Of a stretch of 64,000 nucleotides of DNA, positions 59,295 to 64,000 are shown piece after piece (the stretch's first letter is position 1; each line of letters starts with the position of its first letter). This stretch comes from Flectonema sp. DT1601. Taxonomy: Eukaryota. The stretch covers positions 62,001 through 126,000 of the forward strand of contig OZ025789.1 of assembly GCA_964019425.1 (NCBI GenBank), written 5' to 3'. The position numbers were made by a program, and so were the translations under genes. The notes beneath the pieces were generated by a model. It searched no databases and was not told the DNA's origin. It was given only the letters and a program-made list of their open reading frames with translations.

Positions 59295-59777
59295 CTTCAA
59301 ATCTGAAGACAATATATTCCTACTGCGTGTGTCTTATATTGAGTTGTGAGGCTCTTCTGTTGATGTTTTATATGTGCGTATAATGAACTATATTTATTTA
59401 TTTATTTATATTTCCGTATAATCTGGTAGGTGGGGAGGGAAAGTAAAGTGATTCTTGTTGTGGAACACGATTGCAAAATTAAATACCGCTGGAGGCCACG
59501 TGAACATAGTCGAGCATACCTGGGAAAAAATTAACGGCTTGCAGGTACCCCTTTTAAACTAAACAGGATTTTATTTATTTATTTATTTATTTTTTTCGTT
59601 CTCTCCATAGAGTTATTACAGTTCTACGGAGTAAAGAATAAAGAAATCCATACAAACATAACACACAACACAAAACGCATATATAAGCACACCACACGTG
59701 TAATCACGAAAATTGAGTTTTTCTGGGACCCCAGACAAGAAATAATTCTATTGTCAAGTATCCTTTATCAATTAAGA

Positions 59778-60653
59778 TCAGAATAAAGAGTTCCAGAAGT
59801 CGCAGTCATCTTTATGAGGATCGTTAATAATATGAGAATCTTGACCATCGAAGTCCTTCAGCATAAAGTTTAGTACTTCTACTCCATTATAAAGAGGCCA
59901 CTTAACTCCTGGTATCGCATTGCTGTTTGGATCTCCCGTTGCAGCGAGAGCCGACCAGTGACCCATTATTTTGTTTGATAGTTGTCTCTCAGAAGGGTGG
60001 AAATCACAGTGTGTTTTATTATAAGGAGGCCCTAATTGATCTGGGCCAACAGTTGTTCCAAAAACATATTTAATCTCAGCCCCGTGAGTAGCCCAACCCT
60101 TCTCTACCGAGGTTGGATCTGGGTGAACTACGTCAAGTTCGACTCCCGCATCACACCCAAATCCATTATCGCGAACTCTGTTGGGCTGGTAGTGAGCGAA
60201 TTCGTAAACATAAACTTTTCTACCCGCAGTCTGAGCCATTCTTGCTAACGCCCTTGCCGGACAAATAACAAAAGCGTCAGCATCAGTTTGCACGAAGGCG
60301 CTTTGCGGGGAATTTTGAAACCTTTCGAGCGGATACTGGGACTCGATCTTGGAAGCTATTTCAGAACCCCAGGTTGTGACGAGGGCTGCTTTGTAATCCG
60401 CAAGTGTTGTTTGCTTCTTATCAGGAGGTACCAAACCCAACGTTGGTGCGGTTCCGTAAAATGCAGAAGTTCCATCTTTGCTGTTGTGACCGACGATGAG
60501 TTCAGACGGGTTGAGTTCCCCTCTCTCCCACCTCGATCCTGGGATACCATCACCAGGAAACATATTCGTATCGGCAAAGTAACCACTGAAGTATGGAGCA
60601 ACAGTTAAGTTATTCATGTAGTATGGTGGCCATTGGACTAGTTCTGCTTTTAC
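59778..60653 (-). CDS. Type-B carboxylesterase, exon 2 (291 aa; spliced protein 566 aa)
   Basis: The acceptor CAG| at 60654 joins in frame: ...AQLQQ|VKAELVQWPPYYMNN... Contains GHNSKDG (acid), DAFVICP, VYVYEF, HGAEIKYVFG (catalytic His), WSALAATGDPN, WPLY, CDFW. Stop at 59778-59780. Confidence 0.92.
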   Translation of the reverse strand, partial: VKAELVQWPPYYMNNLTVAPYFSGYFADTNMFPGDGIPGSRWERGELNPSELIVGHNSKDGTSAFYGTAPTLGLVPPDKKQTTLADYKAALVTTWGSEIASKIESQYPLERFQNSPQSAFVQTDADAFVICPARALARMAQTAGRKVYVYEFAHYQPNRVRDNGFGCDAGVELDVVHPDPTSVEKGWATHGAEIKYVFGTTVGPDQLGPPYNKTHCDFHPSERQLSNKIMGHWSALAATGDPNSNAIPGVKWPLYNGVEVLNFMLKDFDGQDSHIINDPHKDDCDFWNSLF

Positions 60654-62129
60654 CTGAGTTGATGGTTTTGTTTTGTTTTGTTTTGTTTTGTTTTGTTTTG
60701 TTTTGTTTTGTTTTGTTTTGTTTTGTTTTGTTTTGTTTTGTTTTGTTTTGTTTTGTTTTGTTTTGTTTTGTTTTGTTTTGTTTTGTTTTGTTTTGTTTTG
60801 TTTTGTTTTGTTTTGTTTTGTGTTGTTTTGTGTTGTTTTGTTTTGTTTTGTTTTGTTTTGTTTTGTTTTGTTTTGTTTTGTTTTGTTTTGTTTTGTTTTG
60901 TTTTGTTTTGTTTTGTTTTGTTTTGTTTTGTTTTGTTTTGTTTTGTTTTGTTTTGTTTTGTTTTGTTTTGTTTTGTTTTGTTTTGTTTTGTTTTGTTTTG
61001 TTTTGTTTTGTTTTGTTTTGTTTTGTTTTGTTTTGTTTTGTTTTGTTTTGTTTTGTTTTGTTTTGTTTTGTTTTGTTTTGTTTTGTTTTGTTTTGTTTTG
61101 TTTTGTTTTGTTTTGTTTTGTTTTGTTTTGTTTTGTTTTGTTTTGTTTTGTGTTGTTTTGTTTTGTTTTGTTTTGTTTTGTGTTGTTTTGTTTTGTTTTG
61201 TGTTGTTTTGTTTTGTGTTGTTTTGTTTTGTGTTGTTTTGTTTTGTTTTGTTTTGTTTTGTTTTGTTTTGTTTTGTTTTGTTTTGTTTTGTTTTGTTTTG
61301 TTTTGTTTTGTTTTGTTTTGTTTTGTTTTGTTTTGTTTTGTTTTGTTTTGTTTTGTTTTGTTTTGTTTTGTTTTGTTTTGTTTTGTTTTGTTTTGTTTTG
61401 TTTTGTTTTGTTTTGTTTTGTTTTGTTTTGTTTTGTTTTGTTTTGTTTTGTTTTGTTTTGTTTTGTTTTGTTTTGTTTTGTTTTGTTTTGTTTTGTTTTG
61501 TTTTGTTTTGTTTTGTTTTGTTTTGTTTTGTTTTGTTTTGTTTTGTTTTGTTTTGTTTTGTTTTGTTTTGTTTTGTTTTGTTTTGTTTTGTTTTGTTTTG
61601 TTTTGTTTTGTTTTGTTTTGTTTTGTTTTGTTTTGTTTTGTTTTGTTTTGTTTTGTTTTGTTTTGTTTTGTTTTGTGTTGTTTTGTTTTGTTTTGTTTTG
61701 TTTTGTTTTGTTTTGTTTTGTTTTGTTTTGTTTTGTTTTGTTTTGTTTTGTTTTGTTTTGTTTTGTTTTGTTTTGTTTTGTTTTGTTTTGTTTTGTTTTG
61801 TTTTGTTTTGTTTTGTTTTGTTTTGTTTTGTTTTGTTTTGTTTTGTTTTGTTTTGTTTTGTTTTGTTTTGTTTTGTTTTGTTTTGTTTTGTTTTGTTTTG
61901 TTTTGTTTTGTTTTGTTTTGTTTTGTTTTGTTTTGTTTTGTTTTGTTTTGTTTTGTTTTGTTTTGTTTTGTTTTGTTTTGTTTTGTTTTGTTTTGTTTTG
62001 TTTTGTTTTGTTTTGTTTTGTTTTGTTTTGTTTTGTTTTGTTTTGTTTTGTTTTGTTTTGTTTTGTTTTGTTTTGTTTTGTTTTGTTTACTTAAAACTCT
62101 CTGGAAAAAACAAAAAAAGAACAACAGAC
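60654..62129 (-). other. 1,476-nt phase-0 GT-AG intron of the carboxylesterase
   Basis: Starts GTCTGT and ends AACTCAG on the minus strand. Removing it restores a continuous full-length esterase. Confidence 0.88.
60666..62085. repeat. (TTTTG)n / (CAAAA)n pentanucleotide microsatellite, ~284 units
   Basis: Directly visible; 8 TGTTG variant units at 60821, 60831, 61151, 61181, 61201, 61216, 61231 and 61676. Confidence 0.99.
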
Positions 62130-62954
62130 CTGCTGAAGTTGTGCGACAGTTGTAAAGTTAAAACTGTCTAAGATCATTGTGGTCACTTCAGATCCGAATG
62201 TTGAGTTTAATGGACCCCAACCCTTATTAGGAGGACCTCCAAAACAAGGACCTGATTGCATGATAGTTCTGTGAATTAATCCTTTTGCAGAAGGAGCAAC
62301 AGCAATAGTACAGGTACTGTATGCTCCACTTGATTGTCCGAATATTGTCACTCGATTCGGATCACCTCCAAAGAATCGAATATATTTATGAACCCAAGAA
62401 ATAGCTGTGATTTGATCATTTATTCCATTCATTCCTCCAGTCATCTTCCCTTCTAAGTCTGTCACGAGATACCCAAGTGCTCCAAGACGGTAGTTGAATC
62501 CAACGACGATGGTGTTTTCCTGAATTGCGATGTTGCTTCCGTTTTGAAATCTGTTAGAACCAGTTCCGCTACAAAGCCCACCACCATAAATATAGATCAT
62601 AACCGGGAATGAGCTTCTCGAAGTTGCATTTGAAGGTTTCCAAATATTAAGAGTCAGGCAATCTTCTGAAGGTGGGGGCGCTTCAGGGTCTGTTGCTTCC
62701 GAAGGATTACCCAACGGATTCTGAATGCAGGGGGATTTGAACTTGGAACCATCAAATACACCTTTGTACTTCTGTTCATTTAATATCGATCTCTTAAACC
62801 TCTTCTCTGCTAAGGGAGGAATAGCATAAGGAATACCTGCGTATCTATCAACACCAACAGCAGCATTGCTACCTATGATCGTCCCCAAAGGGAAGTCGAC
62901 CGTCGGTACTGAAGCAGCAGCAGCCACCAACGTGACTATCGCAGTGAATATCAT
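62130..62954 (-). CDS. Type-B carboxylesterase/cholinesterase-family alpha/beta hydrolase, exon 1 (275 aa, with signal peptide)
   Basis: GIPYAIPP, SEDCLTLNIW, YIYGGG (oxyanion hole), NYRLGALGYL, FGGDPNRVTIFGQSSG (GxSxG nucleophile), IMQSG. Ends at CAG|GT (62130|62129). Confidence 0.93.
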
Positions 62955-63222
62955 ATTTTAGTTGGAACTCTGTTTTAGAATAGAAAATTAAAAGTTAACT
63001 TAAAAAAAAAAGGAAAAAAACGAGCAGAGCGTACTTTCAAAATGATAGAACATCATATTAGCTAGTAGATAGGTATATTTGATAACTACAATCTCCTTAA
63101 CGAAAAACCTTAAATCAATAATACGAAAAATGAATAAAATAAAACTTGTCCAATACAATTCGATACTATTGAGCAACAGCATCAATAAACTGAAATAGCA
63201 ACAAATAAAAGCAACTGAAAAA

Positions 63223-63312
63223 CTGAAGTAGTTTCATTCATATTTTTCAGAAGAGAGGGCAGAGAGAGGAAGAGAACAATAAGATGAAGAAAGAAGAAGA
63301 AGACGAAGAAAT
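63223..63312 (-). promoter_or_regulatory. Putative polypyrimidine tract + CAG upstream of the carboxylesterase
   Basis: Homologous to 20796-20856; the CAG lies 269 nt before the esterase ATG. Confidence 0.4.
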
Positions 63313-63480
63313 GTCAGATATTTCGAATTAACGATTCTGGTAACAAAACTACATTTTGCATGAAGGACGTTCTCCACACAAAACCCATTGTTTTGTTTCT
63401 TTTATTTTTGTGGATTTGTTTGTTTTTCTTCTTCTTTTTGTTTTGGTGATGAAATTTGCTAAATAGGTAGGGAACAGAAT

Positions 63481-63975
63481 AACAATAAAAAATGCAAGCC
63501 CTAACACAAAGGGGAACGTGAAGGAGGGGTACCTGCCAAAGTACTTACTTTTAGTCATTGGGAACACATCATATTTCCAGTAAGCTGCTTATCAGAATGT
63601 TTGCCGACACCGATATATTGAGCCTCATGTGGACAACGTGATGATGACTTTTTTTTCCCTCCAAACATTAATCCGCTTTCACTTAGCGCTGAATTTTCAC
63701 GGAAGAGAAAAAACAAAAAAAAACAAAAAACAAAAGCAGACAATAGAAACAAGGTACATGTCATGCTTTTGAAAATAACAAAATTAAATAAATTGAAAAA
63801 TAAAGATGGATTGCAGAACCCCTAATTCAGCGATTCATAATCCGATTTCAAAAAAGAAAACACGGCATCATCGATGGAAGCCGCGCCACTGACTGTTGCA
63901 CATTGGGATTTGAGATATTCCTTTCATATGTTATACGACAATACAATGTGAACAAAACGTGGTAAACAACAAATG
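63481..63975. repeat. Second copy of the giant gene's 3' flank block; implies another gene copy beyond the right edge
   Basis: Matches 21175-21655 at an offset of about 42.3 kb. Confidence 0.93.
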
Positions 63976-64000
63976 GGAATGGGTGGGTAGGGCAGAGAGG

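Larger units (their letters stand above)
38776..59506. repeat. Near-perfect direct segmental duplication, right copy (partner 1-20731)
   Basis: Direct comparison by eye; 8 substitutions spotted (7 in the CDS, 1 upstream). Confidence 0.97.

Noticed and set aside
7..58967. Numerous plus-strand and off-frame ORFs of 60-625 aa overlapping the giant gene
   Set aside because: Shadow ORFs of a GC-rich, codon-biased CDS. They are Arg/His/Ser-rich antisense translations with no domain motifs and simply recur with the duplication.
59295..59312. TTG start extending the giant protein by MSSDLK
   Set aside because: In a eukaryote the ATG at 59294 is the expected start and directly yields a signal peptide.
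60666..62085. (TTTTG)n as a telomere or CRISPR-like array
   Set aside because: It is internal to an intron with unique exons on both sides, has no spacers, and does not match a typical G-rich telomere unit.
62091..62129. 29-nt mini-intron plus micro-exon before a second GTAAAC donor
   Set aside because: The candidate micro-exons (10, 8 or 6 nt) cause a frameshift or a TAA stop; the single long intron keeps the frame.
60593..62171. Four ~500-aa ORFs (FCFVL)n / (KQNKT)n
   Set aside because: Translations of the stop-free TTTTG microsatellite inside the esterase intron.
59778..62954. Two separate genes or an esterase pseudogene
   Set aside because: A canonical GT-AG splice joins the halves in frame into a 566-aa protein with all catalytic motifs.
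59507..63110. Esterase cassette as a transposable element
   Set aside because: No transposase or reverse transcriptase, terminal repeats or clear target-site duplication.

Overview
Eukaryotic (most likely protist) genomic DNA. All genes are on the minus strand, with GC-rich coding regions and AT-rich spacers. Most of the window is a head-to-tail tandem array of a giant, intronless type I membrane protein gene. One complete copy spans 21891-59294 (about 12,467 aa from the first ATG). A near-identical second copy, offset by 38,775 bp, starts at 20519 and runs off the left edge. The 3' flank of a probable third copy appears at 63481-64000. The protein has a signal peptide, 3 modules of [beta-rich domain + bacterial-style EPN/WND C-type lectin], 19 von Willebrand factor A (vWA/MIDAS) domains separated by short 4-Cys 'CxW' repeats, about 14 EGF-like 'DEC...W.C.CPP' repeats, a terminal EGF, one TM helix and a short acidic tail. 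One spacer of the array carries a 3.6-kb cassette that the other spacer lacks. It encodes a secreted type-B carboxylesterase whose single GT-AG intron is about 96% (TTTTG)n microsatellite. Co-oriented genes, conserved pyrimidine tract/AG signals and the repeat style suggest a euglenozoan such as a diplonemid, but this is inference only. Domain coordinates are approximate and were read by eye.
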